A DNA stretch of 64,000 nt from a virus. Lineage: Duplodnaviria > Caudoviricetes. Where the stretch lies: positions 43,762 to 107,761 of IMG/VR virus record IMGVR_UViG_2574179762_000001, one strand, 5' to 3'. The position numbers were made by a program, and so were the translations under genes. Below the pieces are notes generated by a model. That model worked only from the letters and a program-made list of their open reading frames with translations. It ran no database searches and was not told the origin of the DNA. Position 1 is the first letter of the stretch. The number at the start of each line of letters is the position of its first letter. This document shows positions 45,838-55,183 of this stretch, piece by piece.

Positions 45838-46205
45838 GCCGTGGCTCCCTCGGGTTCGTCGTAGCAGACGTGCCTGTAGGCCGGCAACTTCAGCTTCGGC
45901 GCCTTAAGCGGCATGCCCCAGGCTTCCATCAGCGGCGTGATGTCGGTGCCCGAGCGGACGTGCTGGCCCGGCCTGAGCGGCCGGTATGCGGCCAGCGCTG
46001 CCAGGTCGGTCGCCGTCCAGATCTTCAGGTAGAACTTCCCCCGCTTGAGCGTCTTGGCCTTGACGAGCGACAGGGCCTGGAGCCGCCCGAGGACGTCAGC
46101 CACCGCCCCGCCGGTGCAGCCGGCCGTCTTCGCAAATTCCGTCGCGATGACGCTCTCGCCCCTGAGCAATGCCGCGCAAACCTGCTCTCTCACGGTCACG
46201 GTCAT
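45834..46205 (-). CDS. Winged-helix protein
   Basis: RGESVIATEFAKTAGCTGGAVADVLGRL. Confidence 0.65.
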   Translation of the reverse strand: MTVTVREQVCAALLRGESVIATEFAKTAGCTGGAVADVLGRLQALSLVKAKTLKRGKFYLKIWTATDLAALAAYRPLRPGQHVRSGTDITPLMEAWGMPLKAPKLKLPAYRHVCYDEPEGATA

Positions 46206-46212
46206 GGCAGCC

Positions 46213-46494
46213 TCACTCGAAGCTGGCCGGGATATCCCAGCCGGAGCCGAACGAACCGGCGTCCGCCGAATCCCCTTCCGCGCTGAGCAGGGACAGGAGC
46301 ATTGCGGCGTGCATCGGTGACACGCCCTCGTCTGCCGCCGGCGCCGCGGCGGCCGGCCGGGCACGGCGCGGTACCGAGGCAACCGCCCAGGCGCGCGCCA
46401 TGCGCGACGGCGCCGGACTGGCCACTGTGGCGGGTGTTGCAGGCATGGCCGACTGGCGCAGCAGGCGCGCGATCAGGTGGCGAATCACTTTCAT
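46213..46494 (-). CDS. Hypothetical protein, short relative of 43553-44269
   Basis: MKVIRHLIARL...AAMLL...GSFGSGWD. Confidence 0.5.
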   Translation of the reverse strand: MKVIRHLIARLLRQSAMPATPATVASPAPSRMARAWAVASVPRRARPAAAAPAADEGVSPMHAAMLLSLLSAEGDSADAGSFGSGWDIPASFE

Positions 46495-47024
46495 CTCCCG
46501 TCCCCTCCAAAGTTGGGAATGAGGTCGCGGACCGCCGTCGGCATCGGAACCGCCGCGGTGGCCACAGGCTTTGCCGGCTCGGGCGCGCCTTCCGCGCATT
46601 CCCGGACCAGCGTCCTGAGCAGCCGGGCGACCCACAGCTGCGGATGGTCACGTTCGTCACGCTCGATCTGGACCTCGACGGTCTGACCGGTGAACCGGTC
46701 GCGCGCCAGGTGCGTCAGCGTGATGCGCGCCGGCGCGAGATCCGGCCGGCCAATCTTGCCCATGTATCCCGCCGCCACGTCCGGCTTCCATTCCGCCGGG
46801 TTCACGTGCAGCGCGCGGTGGATGGTCCGCAGCAGCTGCCGGCGCTGGTTCAGGCGCTGTGTGATGTCCTGCCAGGCGCTCGCCGGCGCGAAGGCATGGC
46901 AGCAGCAGGTCCAGTCCGGGCCGGTCTTGACCTCTGCCCACATCGGGCAGCCGTAGGCCACGCACTGGCCCGGGCGCTGGGCCGGGGTGTCCGGTGCATT
47001 CGGCGGCGTGCGGTGGAGCGTCAT
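46491..47024 (-). CDS. Cys-rich protein downstream of the replication gene
   Basis: CVAYGCPM...W.CCCH. Confidence 0.65.
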   Translation of the reverse strand: MTLHRTPPNAPDTPAQRPGQCVAYGCPMWAEVKTGPDWTCCCHAFAPASAWQDITQRLNQRRQLLRTIHRALHVNPAEWKPDVAAGYMGKIGRPDLAPARITLTHLARDRFTGQTVEVQIERDERDHPQLWVARLLRTLVRECAEGAPEPAKPVATAAVPMPTAVRDLIPNFGGDGR

Positions 47025-48175
47025 GCGACAGCCCTCCCCTGCTTGGCTGCTTGCGCGGTCTGAATGCGGGAAATGCATTCGGGGCGGGACCAGCCCGGCC
47101 GAAGCTCCAAGCCAACGCTATGGGCCGCTTCGTTGAGCTGCACATCCGTCATCGAGTGCAGCGGCACCGGCTTCGGCTTCGTGACCTTGGCGAGCTGCTC
47201 GTTCTGCAGCACGCGGTCGACGTAGGCCGGCAGGTTCATGATCGGCTCGGTGGCGTCGGCCTTGGCCTTCGTGATCGCGGCGCGCATTTGGCCGATCGAG
47301 ACCTTGGCGTCGATCCAACCGCTAGCCAGCGGCCAGAGCTTGGAGCGGCCTTGGATCGAGTACGTGTCGATCTCGATGCCGTGCTCGTTGGAAAAGAATC
47401 TTGCCCATTCAATCGCCGTCGTCGGGACGTTGTCGTCCAGGGCTTCGCGCGCGGGTTCTACGTTAACGTTTGACGATACTGAGGGTTTTAGATCGACTCC
47501 TCTCGACTCGACTCGACTCGACTCCGGGGGTGAGTCACCATCGAGACACCCGCGCGTCACCATCGAGTCACCTTGCGTCACCACCGCGTCACCGCTCCGA
47601 AGTTTTCGCTTGCAGGAGGGGCAAATCAGCCGGAAACCCGCGATTTCTTGCGAGTTTTCCGTGGATTCCGAGGTGACTCGGATGATCGTCAGACTCGATG
47701 CGTCACCGCAAAGGTGACACGCGTCACCGTCTCGCTCGCGCAATTTCTTCAAGAGCAGTTGGCGTTGCTTTCCGCCGAGCCTTTTTTGGTGACGCGGGTG
47801 ACGCGCGTCACCTGTGTCACCCGCGTCACCGGTGTCACCGGTGTCACCACTCGTCGGGTGACGCAGCGTCGGCTGATCGATCCGCTGGTGTAGATGCCAG
47901 CCGGTGACGTGCCAGAATTCCTTGCCGTCGACCTCATACTCTCTCACCAGCTGGACCTCAATCAGCTCGTCAATCCACTGCATAACCCGCTCCGCCGTGG
48001 CGTCATCATCGCCAGGGAACACCTCCGCCTTGATGGTCTTCGCACTGGCAGGATGGTTGCCGCCGTCGTCGCAGAACGTCCACAGGCCAATGAACAGCAG
48101 GCGCGCGTCGCGCGACAGCTCCATTACCTGCTCGGAGGTCCAGAACTCGGGCTTGATGCTGCGGATGCGGGCCAT
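47021..48175 (-). CDS. Phage replication initiator with a degenerate HNH-like Zn finger
   Basis: MARIRSIKPEFWTSE, ARLLFIGLW.FCDD.G, HQRID.P; RDGDACHLCG...ICPSC. Confidence 0.85.
   Translation of the reverse strand: MARIRSIKPEFWTSEQVMELSRDARLLFIGLWTFCDDGGNHPASAKTIKAEVFPGDDDATAERVMQWIDELIEVQLVREYEVDGKEFWHVTGWHLHQRIDQPTLRHPTSGDTGDTGDAGDTGDARHPRHQKRLGGKQRQLLLKKLRERDGDACHLCGDASSLTIIRVTSESTENSQEIAGFRLICPSCKRKLRSGDAVVTQGDSMVTRGCLDGDSPPESSRVESRGVDLKPSVSSNVNVEPAREALDDNVPTTAIEWARFFSNEHGIEIDTYSIQGRSKLWPLASGWIDAKVSIGQMRAAITKAKADATEPIMNLPAYVDRVLQNEQLAKVTKPKPVPLHSMTDVQLNEAAHSVGLELRPGWSRPECISRIQTAQAAKQGRAVA
47490..47910. repeat. Iteron-like GTCACC/GGTGAC cluster and TCGAC repeats; putative origin
   Basis: Roughly 17 hexamer copies by manual count, including a 9-bp periodic run at 47807-47848. 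Confidence 0.7.
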
Positions 48176-48185
48176 GTCTGCAACC

Positions 48186-48377
48186 TCAGCGACGCCGGCC
48201 GGCGCGTGGGAGCGCCGATTCCGCGGGGCGGTACTGCTCACCCTTGAAGCCGGACAGCCATTCCAGGTGCGCATCGGTGCCGGGCATGTGCGGGTTCTCG
48301 TCGGCCTGCTTGCCGCGGCGGAAAGCCTCGGCGCCGGCCGAACGCACGTGCGCCCGGGGTGTAAGTTCGTGAATCAC
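48186..48377 (-). CDS. Small Rmf/CrpP-like phage protein
   Basis: GAEAF..G....NP.......W..GF. Confidence 0.55.
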   Translation of the reverse strand: MIHELTPRAHVRSAGAEAFRRGKQADENPHMPGTDAHLEWLSGFKGEQYRPAESALPRAGRRR

Positions 48378-48459
48378 TGCGTCTCCCTTCCCAATGCCTG
48401 GCCGTGAGTGCATGGCGTGAACTGCGGGGGTGCGAGAGCACCCCATTCACACCCCTTTC

Positions 48460-48705
48460 TCACCCCTTTCTCGCCACGACGCCGATGCGGTCGGCGTATA
48501 TGCTCTTCATAACTTCCTCGCCATGAGCGCTGATCATCAGCAGCTCACGCACGAATTCGGAGAGCGACATGCCCACTTCGCATGCCCTGGCTTCCAAAGC
48601 CTCGCGGGTTTCCCAAGGCACCTTCACCTTGGGAATCTCGGCCGCCATCTTTCCGAAGAGGTTGCTACGTCCGCTGCGCGCCATGCCGTCGTCCCGGTCT
48701 GTCAT
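48460..48705 (-). CDS. Ribbon-helix-helix regulator (CII position)
   Basis: KVKVPWETREALEARA...GMSLSEFVRELL. Confidence 0.7.
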   Translation of the reverse strand: MTDRDDGMARSGRSNLFGKMAAEIPKVKVPWETREALEARACEVGMSLSEFVRELLMISAHGEEVMKSIYADRIGVVARKG

Positions 48706-48836
48706 CCCGAAATCCCCGTTGGTGAACCAAACCCGTTGCCCGCTGATCGATTCCGCAGGCTCTTGTCAAACCCAGGCATGCCGCCTTTCTTGGCAGTCAT
48801 GCCCGCGACCACTCGTGTCGGTGGTCGCTTCAGTCT

Positions 48837-49085
48837 TTACGCAGGTGATGCGGCTCGGACCGCGCTGGCGGATGCGGCCTTCAATTCGCCGAAGATGTCG
48901 GGGCGCAGGGCTTCGAGCCGAACGAGCCCGCCGCTCTGCGCCGCCAGATTGCGCGCCAGGGGCCCGCTTGCCTTCGAGTGGCCGCCGGAGAGCTGGAAGA
49001 GATATGCCACGGTGGTTCCGCATCGCTGCGCGTAGCTTTCCTTCTGCTCAGGCGACAGCGTTTTCATGTATTCGGCGAGGGTCAT
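48837..49085 (-). CDS. cro: Cro-like regulator
   Basis: YAQRCGTTVAYLFQL..G...LRPDIF. Confidence 0.85.
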   Translation of the reverse strand: MTLAEYMKTLSPEQKESYAQRCGTTVAYLFQLSGGHSKASGPLARNLAAQSGGLVRLEALRPDIFGELKAASASAVRAASPA

Positions 49086-49118
49086 TTCGTGCCTCTATGT
49101 GAACCCGGTCACCGTAAC

Positions 49119-49185
49119 TTTAGTTCATTACTAAATATCAGGCAAGGGATCTTTAGTGATCCACGCATTTCGCTGAGCACTAAAG
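49119..49185. promoter_or_regulatory. OR of prophage 2: TTTAGT-N5-ACTAAA operator plus half-matching sites
   Basis: TTTAGTTCATTACTAAA at 49119-49135; same palindrome at 51323-51339. Confidence 0.7.
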
Positions 49186-49202
49186 CATGTTGGAATGCCG
49201 CC

Positions 49203-49745
49203 ATGGACATCCACGAGATCCGCAGGGCGCATTTGCGCGAACTGACGAGGGAGAGAGGCTCCAAGGCCAAGCTGGCTAAGCTTTCCGAATCGTCCCCTGC
49301 ATACATCAGCCAGGTGCTGAGCGAGACGACGAAGGCCAACGTCGGGGACGACCTGGCCCGCAGGATCGAACGCGCCTATGGAAAGCCGCGCGGCTGGATG
49401 GATCAGATTGGGACGCTAGAGGACCGGGAGACAGCGGCCCGGGTGGATGTACCACCGGCGCCTGTTCGCCGCGCGATCACGGAGGACGATCTACTCGAAG
49501 CCTTTGCCCTCCTCCGGGCTCTCTCCGAAGGCGCAAAGCGCGTCGCCATTGCCCAAATTAAGGCGCTCGCAGATCTGGATTCAGAAAAGCTTAATTCAGC
49601 ACCTGCCGAAAACGCCACGGAACGTGATACCGTTGCCTCACGCACTTATGCCGAGAATGTCTCAAAACAAAGACAAAGGCTAAAGAGCACGCTCGAAGGT
49701 GGGGTCAACCGTGCAGGCACACGTCACAAATCTGGTGGTGGATAG
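49203..49745 (+). CDS. cI: CI-like repressor without an S24 peptidase domain
   Basis: IRR..L..L...KAKLAK...SPAYISQV...VGDDLARRIE...PRGWMD; divergent from cro. Confidence 0.8.
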   Translation: MDIHEIRRAHLRELTRERGSKAKLAKLSESSPAYISQVLSETTKANVGDDLARRIERAYGKPRGWMDQIGTLEDRETAARVDVPPAPVRRAITEDDLLEAFALLRALSEGAKRVAIAQIKALADLDSEKLNSAPAENATERDTVASRTYAENVSKQRQRLKSTLEGGVNRAGTRHKSGGG

Positions 49746-49947
49746 GGAGGCTGTCGAAATCGCGCAGGAGTTGTTGCGCAAAGCCACAGCGGGGGAACTC
49801 TGTGGCCTTGCGTTTGTGGCGAGGACAGTACACCGGGGATACGAATTCGTTCTGACAGGCAATTTCAAGGCAAACCCCTTGGAAGCGGCCGGGGCGGCCG
49901 GATTGCTGGGCACGTTGGCCGAGCAGCAAGCCATTGAGCGCCTCTAG
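49711..49947 (+). CDS. Small protein overlapping the cI 3' end
   Basis: ELL.KA..GELCGLAFV...G....NP..A.GA. Confidence 0.6.
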   Translation: MQAHVTNLVVDREAVEIAQELLRKATAGELCGLAFVARTVHRGYEFVLTGNFKANPLEAAGAAGLLGTLAEQQAIERL

Positions 49948-50047
49948 CAGTCACCAGCGGCGGACCTGTTGCGATTTCGCAGCACCCACACAAGGGGTAT
50001 AGGGAATGTCCTTACGGGCCGTGCGACCGTGCCCTCCTTCCCGGGTT

Positions 50048-51082
50048 CTAGAGCTGCTGTTCGAACATCTGGTCGCGAGCGGCAGCAGGCGCGTGCTCCA
50101 GCTGCGGCCCACGAATCTCGCCAGCTGACCACCTCCCCTGCGATAGCCGGACAATCCGCTCCGCCAGCGCAATGCAAACCCAGCCCATAGCGATGCCAGC
50201 AAGGCCGTCGACGGCGTAGTGCCAAGCCAGCACAACGGTCGATATCCAAATGAGGATCGTCCAGGGAATTGCAGCCCAAAGCGCCTTCGGCCAGTGACGA
50301 GCCACAAGCCAGGTTGCCATCGCGGTAAGCGCGACATGAAGGCTGGGCGTGGCCATAGTTCCGTAGAGCAAGCCGTTCTGTCGAACCTCACCCGCCTGGT
50401 GCCGCCCGAGATATTCCTGTAGCTCCCTGCTCAGGGAGCCATCGAGGTACCCGAACAACTCCGGGTGATAGTACTCGGGGCCTGCGACCGGAAACACCAT
50501 CGCAATAATCGTGGTGGCATAGAAAGCCAGGACGATCGCAATGGCGAGCTCCATGTAGCTGCTCACCTTTTCGGTTTTGACCAGCGCAGCGACAACCAAT
50601 AGAACGAACACCCACATCATGTAATAAATGGCCTCCCAAAAGGCCACGGGCAAGGCATTGGAGGCGATGACGAGCCGAAACAGGGGTTCCTCCAAGTCCC
50701 ACAGGGCCTTGTCGTACCAGACTGTCGACGTGGTGCGGTACACCTCGACCAAGTTCGCATTCCCGCTGATGGCCAGAACGACGAGGTACACCACGACACT
50801 GCCGACCACGATGCTGGAAGGCTTCACGACCGCCCGCCATAGCGCCGCCAGATCTACATGGCCACTGTCCTTGTCGATGTACTTGCGCACCAGCAAGACC
50901 GATTCGATAACGACCAGCAGTGACAGCAGGAGCAGAAAGCAAAATGTGTAGACGGCCGCCGCGACGATGTGATGCAGGGTCAGCAGCCCTATAGATAGCG
51001 CGCCGGCAATAAGGTGGGATGCGACTGACAGCATCATCCCCACCATGACGAGCGGCATTATTGCGCGAGCGAAATTTCTCAT
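50048..51082 (-). CDS. PAP2-superfamily (Aur1/IPC-synthase-like) multi-pass membrane enzyme
   Basis: Multiple TM segments; FPVAGP, ATPSLHVA, STV...WHYAVD. Confidence 0.85.
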   Translation of the reverse strand: MRNFARAIMPLVMVGMMLSVASHLIAGALSIGLLTLHHIVAAAVYTFCFLLLLSLLVVIESVLLVRKYIDKDSGHVDLAALWRAVVKPSSIVVGSVVVYLVVLAISGNANLVEVYRTTSTVWYDKALWDLEEPLFRLVIASNALPVAFWEAIYYMMWVFVLLVVAALVKTEKVSSYMELAIAIVLAFYATTIIAMVFPVAGPEYYHPELFGYLDGSLSRELQEYLGRHQAGEVRQNGLLYGTMATPSLHVALTAMATWLVARHWPKALWAAIPWTILIWISTVVLAWHYAVDGLAGIAMGWVCIALAERIVRLSQGRWSAGEIRGPQLEHAPAAARDQMFEQQL

Positions 51083-51288
51083 AGTGCCCCCTTGGCTGTT
51101 TGTTTTCGCAGGCAGCCCGCCTGAGCGGACGGAGGCCGGTCTGCTAGGCTGACCCGCCCGCGGGCTCCCCCTGGCCCGTCTTTGCTGGGCAAGCGTAGAC
51201 CGTGGACGGTAAGCGTCATATAGGCCAAACGATCTACCCCCTTCACCCGCCCCGTCCGGCTGACGTCCGCCGCTTCCGCGCGCAAGCA

Positions 51289-51341
51289 CACTAAATATTT
51301 AGCAAATTACTATTGCATTTACTTTAGTGCTTGACTAAAGT
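51289..51341 (+). promoter_or_regulatory. OL/PL of prophage 2
   Basis: TTGCAT-17-TAAAGT (51313-51341) overlapping CTTTAGT-GCTTG-ACTAAAG. Confidence 0.75.
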
Positions 51342-51674
51342 TCTCCCAACAGCGCACCACATCCGGGAGAACTCCATGCGACCCAGCACCCTCCTTCTCA
51401 CCTGCATCACCGCGATCCTCGTGGTTGGTGCCGTCGCCCTGGTGCTCCTGCCGACCATGGCGGAACTGCAGCACGTCCTGACCGCCACCCTTTCCGTCAC
51501 TAAGTAAGGAGCCGGCCATGCCCACCACCCTGCCCGCCTACGCCGTTGTCTACACGCTGCTCGGCTGCCGCTGCGTCACCCGCTTCGACAAGCTGACCGA
51601 CGCCCTCATCTTCGCCGTCCGCGCGGAGAACGACGGCTGCACCGACATTTCCGTGCACTGAGGAGCCCCCGGCC

Positions 51675-52022
51675 ATGAACCACCAACAGGCCCGGGCAGA
51701 CATCGCCGCGCAGATCGCGCTCGGCAATGTCGAATCCTTCTGCGAAGGCGATGACGCCATCCGCCACCTCAGCAAGCTCTTCATCGTGCGGAACACCCGC
51801 CGCCGCGCCGGCGAATCCGATGCCGCCTATGCAGTTCGGGTCGGCTCCTTGCTGACAGACATGCTCGACGCGATCGGGCAGGTGCTGGTCGGCGCCAACG
51901 TCAAGTACGTCCTCGCGGACGCCGCGGAGCAACCCTTGATCTGCCGCACCCGTGAGGCCTCCCTGCTGGCTGTCAGCCGTCAGGTTCAGCAAGACGTCTT
52001 GATGGCACGAGGTGTGGCATGA
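51675..52022 (+). CDS. Hypothetical early protein
   Basis: GAGGAG RBS; stop overlaps the next start. Confidence 0.7.
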   Translation: MNHQQARADIAAQIALGNVESFCEGDDAIRHLSKLFIVRNTRRRAGESDAAYAVRVGSLLTDMLDAIGQVLVGANVKYVLADAAEQPLICRTREASLLAVSRQVQQDVLMARGVA

Positions 52023-52252
52023 ACGCCGATCAAGCCGCCGTCCGCCAGGCCATTGCGGCCAACCAACAGGAGGAACTGCTCCGCGAGCTGCAGGCAGCCC
52101 ACCGGATCATTCGGAACACGCTCGGGATTCTCTCCGTCAGCCAGAAGGCAGTGCTCGCCGAGCGCAATGCGCGCGACGGCGTCGACGGGGAGGGTATTAC
52201 CCGCGCCCATGAGCGCGAGGCTGTCATCAAGCGCGCAGGAGGTGTGGCATGA
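52019..52252 (+). CDS. Hypothetical protein, homolog of 8681-8917
   Basis: Shared motifs with 8681-8917. Confidence 0.75.
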   Translation: MNADQAAVRQAIAANQQEELLRELQAAHRIIRNTLGILSVSQKAVLAERNARDGVDGEGITRAHEREAVIKRAGGVA

Positions 52253-52638
52253 ACGACCAGATTAAGGATGGTGGCCCGGCGTTCCCGTATAGCTCACTCG
52301 CCCCAGACTACGTGGCAGGCGGAATGTCTCCCACGATGTATGCCGACAACACCGGAATGACCCTGCGCGACTACTTCATCGCGCACGCGCCAGCCGAGCC
52401 GCAGCCGTGGTTCCAGCCGGTGATGCCGACGGAGTGCCCGTCCACCGTGTTTATGGACGAGGAGCGCACGACCACCTACGCCAACGCGATCGACGCCGAG
52501 CGCGCGTGCGGCGACTGCTTCATCAACGTCCACGCGAAGGCGCAAGACGCCTGGAACGCTGAACGCGACAAACAGCGCTATGTCCAGTGGCCCGCCGCGT
52601 GGGCCGACGCGATGCTCGCTGCGAGGGAGCGGCAATGA
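52249..52638 (+). CDS. Conserved phage protein (GGPAFP...GMTLRDYF...ADAML)
   Basis: Motif recognition. Confidence 0.75.
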   Translation: MNDQIKDGGPAFPYSSLAPDYVAGGMSPTMYADNTGMTLRDYFIAHAPAEPQPWFQPVMPTECPSTVFMDEERTTTYANAIDAERACGDCFINVHAKAQDAWNAERDKQRYVQWPAAWADAMLAARERQ

Positions 52639-52887
52639 AGATCGTCCGCGCCTTGCTCTTCTGGTTCGCGATGGCTGCCGGCGTTATCGGCCTGACTGGC
52701 CTCTATGCGGCCCTCAACCCGGAGGCGCCCAGTGTTACCCCGATCTGGAGGCAGTCGTGATGTTTCGCATCTTCATCAACCATCAGTGCGTCTATACGGG
52801 CCTGTTCGCCAGTTGGTGGGACGCCCATGACGCTGCCATCAACCGCGGCTTGCTGTGCGGAGCCCGAAACGTCCAGGTGAAAGCGGC

Positions 52888-53235
52888 ATGAAACTCTCCG
52901 AACGTCTTCTCGAAATCTTCGACGCCAAGGTCGCGGCCGAGCGCGAACAGATCAGCGCCCAAGCGCCAGACATTGATGCGCTGGGAGAGATCTTGGCGTC
53001 CGCACACTACGCCGGGTTGGAGATCCAGCCCGAGCGCATCTATGCACAAGGGGACTCGATCTTGTTGACCTGCGGCGCCAGGGATGAGGCTGTTCTCGCC
53101 TGGATGCTGCGTAGCGGCTTCAGCCTCAAGGCCGCGGATCCATCCGACCGCTATGTACACAACCGCCTCACCCATCCGAGGCTTACTTGCCTGGTCACCA
53201 TTCTGACCTCCAAAGAGGGCGAGGTGCGGGCATGA
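52888..53235 (+). CDS. Hypothetical protein
   Basis: ATGA overlaps at both ends. Confidence 0.6.
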   Translation: MKLSERLLEIFDAKVAAEREQISAQAPDIDALGEILASAHYAGLEIQPERIYAQGDSILLTCGARDEAVLAWMLRSGFSLKAADPSDRYVHNRLTHPRLTCLVTILTSKEGEVRA

Positions 53236-53468
53236 GCATCCCCGGCTTCCGCGTGCGCACCGCGGAGAACAACAAGGCCTTCGCCGAACGCGTCAGCCGC
53301 GTCGGCAAGGCCGCCATCCCGCCCGGGCTGCCGTCGGCGCAGGAAGTTGTCACCGCCATCGACGGCGTCCTGCAGTGCGAGAACTTCTACTCCGCGGCGG
53401 CTCAGGATGCGCTGGCCCGCCTGGTGATCGTGCGCGAGCAGTTCGCCGCTTCCATGAAAGGGGAATGA
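53232..53468 (+). CDS. Hypothetical protein
   Basis: GAGG RBS; overlapping codons. Confidence 0.6.
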   Translation: MSIPGFRVRTAENNKAFAERVSRVGKAAIPPGLPSAQEVVTAIDGVLQCENFYSAAAQDALARLVIVREQFAASMKGE

Positions 53469-53710
53469 CCATGGGCGCACAAAGCATCCATCTTTGCCTG
53501 GACGTCAAAGGCTTCCTTGCCAATGCGCCAAAGAGCCGGTACCGCGGCATGTTCAAACATGACGACGGCCGCACGATGACGCCCGACGAAGCGAAGTACC
53601 ACCTCCTCGACGAGCTCGCAAAGGGAAACCTCTTCATTCCCTTCGGCAAGTGCGACAACTTCGACCCGAAGTCGGGATGTCTGGGTCACCCGGTTGGGGA
53701 TGCCAAGTGA
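53465..53710 (+). CDS. Hypothetical protein (CDNFD...GCLGH)
   Basis: Cys/His motif; overlapping codons. Confidence 0.65.
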   Translation: MTMGAQSIHLCLDVKGFLANAPKSRYRGMFKHDDGRTMTPDEAKYHLLDELAKGNLFIPFGKCDNFDPKSGCLGHPVGDAK

Positions 53711-54006
53711 CCTGGCAAGCCGCCGCCTTTTTCCTGCCCGCTGCCATGGCTTTGATGGCGCTGGGCGCCTACACCAACTACCGATTCATCAAGCGCATCA
53801 CTGACGGGGGGATCGCAATGAAACTGGTCAGCACCACCACCATGATCAAGCGACTGGAGGGTCTGCTTGGCACTCGCGACCTGAGCGAGTGGGAGCAGGA
53901 CTTCGTCCGAAAGCTTGCCGCTGAGGCCGCCTCCGGCCAGGTCACCGGACTCACCGGCGCCCAGGTCGACAAACTCGACGAACTGCACGGGAGGCACTTC
54001 GCATGA
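53707..54006 (+). CDS. Hypothetical protein (alternative start at 53818)
   Basis: LGTRDLSEWEQDFV...LT..QV. Confidence 0.55.
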   Translation: MTWQAAAFFLPAAMALMALGAYTNYRFIKRITDGGIAMKLVSTTTMIKRLEGLLGTRDLSEWEQDFVRKLAAEAASGQVTGLTGAQVDKLDELHGRHFA

Positions 54007-54656
54007 CCTGCACTCAGCAGCACTTCGAGCGCGACGTGGCCCAGCACCAGATGACGGTGATCCATGACGTCGGCGCGCACCGGCACCTGATGTTCCGTGA
54101 GCCGGGTAACAGCCCTTACTGGTTCGAGATCCTGACGTGGCCGGGCACGCTCTGCATCAAGGGCGACATGGGCACTTACGTGTTCTCGCGTCTGCAGGAC
54201 ATGTTCCAATTCTTCCGCACCGACGACCGCGGCGACCCAAAGAAGATCTACATCAACAAGGGCTACTGGGCCGAGAAGCTGCAGGCCGTGGACTGCGACG
54301 GGTACGGACGTGGAAGCGCCGAACGCTTCAGCGCGGAAATCTTCAAGCGTCGCGTGGTGGAGCGGTTCCGCGCTTACTGCAGCGACCGTGAGGTGGACCA
54401 CGCGAAGCGACGCGAGATGTGGGAAGCGCTCCGCGAAGACGTGCTGGAAACGGCCGACGAAGGTGATGCGACTCCCGCCTTCGATTCGCTCATGGCATTC
54501 CGTGACGAGGACCATCCTCGCCTCTTCGAGGACTGCTGGGAGTGGCACTGCAAGGAGTACACGTTCCACTTCATCTGGAACCTGTACGCGATCGCCTGGG
54601 CTATCCGCCAGTACGACGCCGCCAAACTCGCCCCCCAGGCGGAGGTGGCAGCATGA
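54003..54656 (+). CDS. Conserved hypothetical phage protein
   Basis: ILTWPG.LCI.GDMGTYVFSR..DMF.FFR...YWAEKL. Confidence 0.8.
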   Translation: MTCTQQHFERDVAQHQMTVIHDVGAHRHLMFREPGNSPYWFEILTWPGTLCIKGDMGTYVFSRLQDMFQFFRTDDRGDPKKIYINKGYWAEKLQAVDCDGYGRGSAERFSAEIFKRRVVERFRAYCSDREVDHAKRREMWEALREDVLETADEGDATPAFDSLMAFRDEDHPRLFEDCWEWHCKEYTFHFIWNLYAIAWAIRQYDAAKLAPQAEVAA

Positions 54657-55183
54657 TCCGCCGACTCCTGCTCGCCTACTCCGCCCGCCGGCCCGTCAAG
54701 ATCATTTCGGATGGCAATCGGCCCTACCTCGAGCGCTATTTCGTCTGCGCCGTGTTCGGGATCCGTGTGTATCTGCACCGTTTCGTCGGCTCGGATCCGG
54801 ACCGGGGCCTGCATGACCACCCCTGGCGCTGGGCCCTGTCGCTGATCCTGCTTGGCTGGTACTACGAGGCCACGCGCCAATATGGCGAGCCGCGCCCGGT
54901 GCGCTGGTTCAACTTCCTGACCGGCGACAGCTTCCACCGCGTGATCCTGTCCCCGGAGAACGAGAGCACCGATGTGTTCGACTTCTGCACGCCTGCCGAG
55001 GTCTGGTCGCTGTTCATTGTGCCGGCCAGGGACGTCAAACCCTGGGGCTTCCTTCGCTCGAAGGGGCAACTCGGCCAAGTCTTCACCCCTTTCGACTATG
55101 GCCCGGCAGGCAAGCCTGCCAAGTGGTGGATCAATGCGCCTAAAGGCCGCGACGCCGCCGGCCGCAAGGGAGGTGCCCAATGA
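54653..55183 (+). CDS. Cupin-fold (dioxygenase-like) protein
   Basis: YLERY, LHRF..SD.DR.LHDHPW, G.Y.E, FHRV, WSLF, WGF. Confidence 0.7.
   Translation: MIRRLLLAYSARRPVKIISDGNRPYLERYFVCAVFGIRVYLHRFVGSDPDRGLHDHPWRWALSLILLGWYYEATRQYGEPRPVRWFNFLTGDSFHRVILSPENESTDVFDFCTPAEVWSLFIVPARDVKPWGFLRSKGQLGQVFTPFDYGPAGKPAKWWINAPKGRDAAGRKGGAQ

Noticed and set aside
51083-51290. Riboswitch upstream of the PAP2 gene
   Set aside because: GC-rich, but no consensus recognisable by eye; an Rfam/Infernal search would be needed
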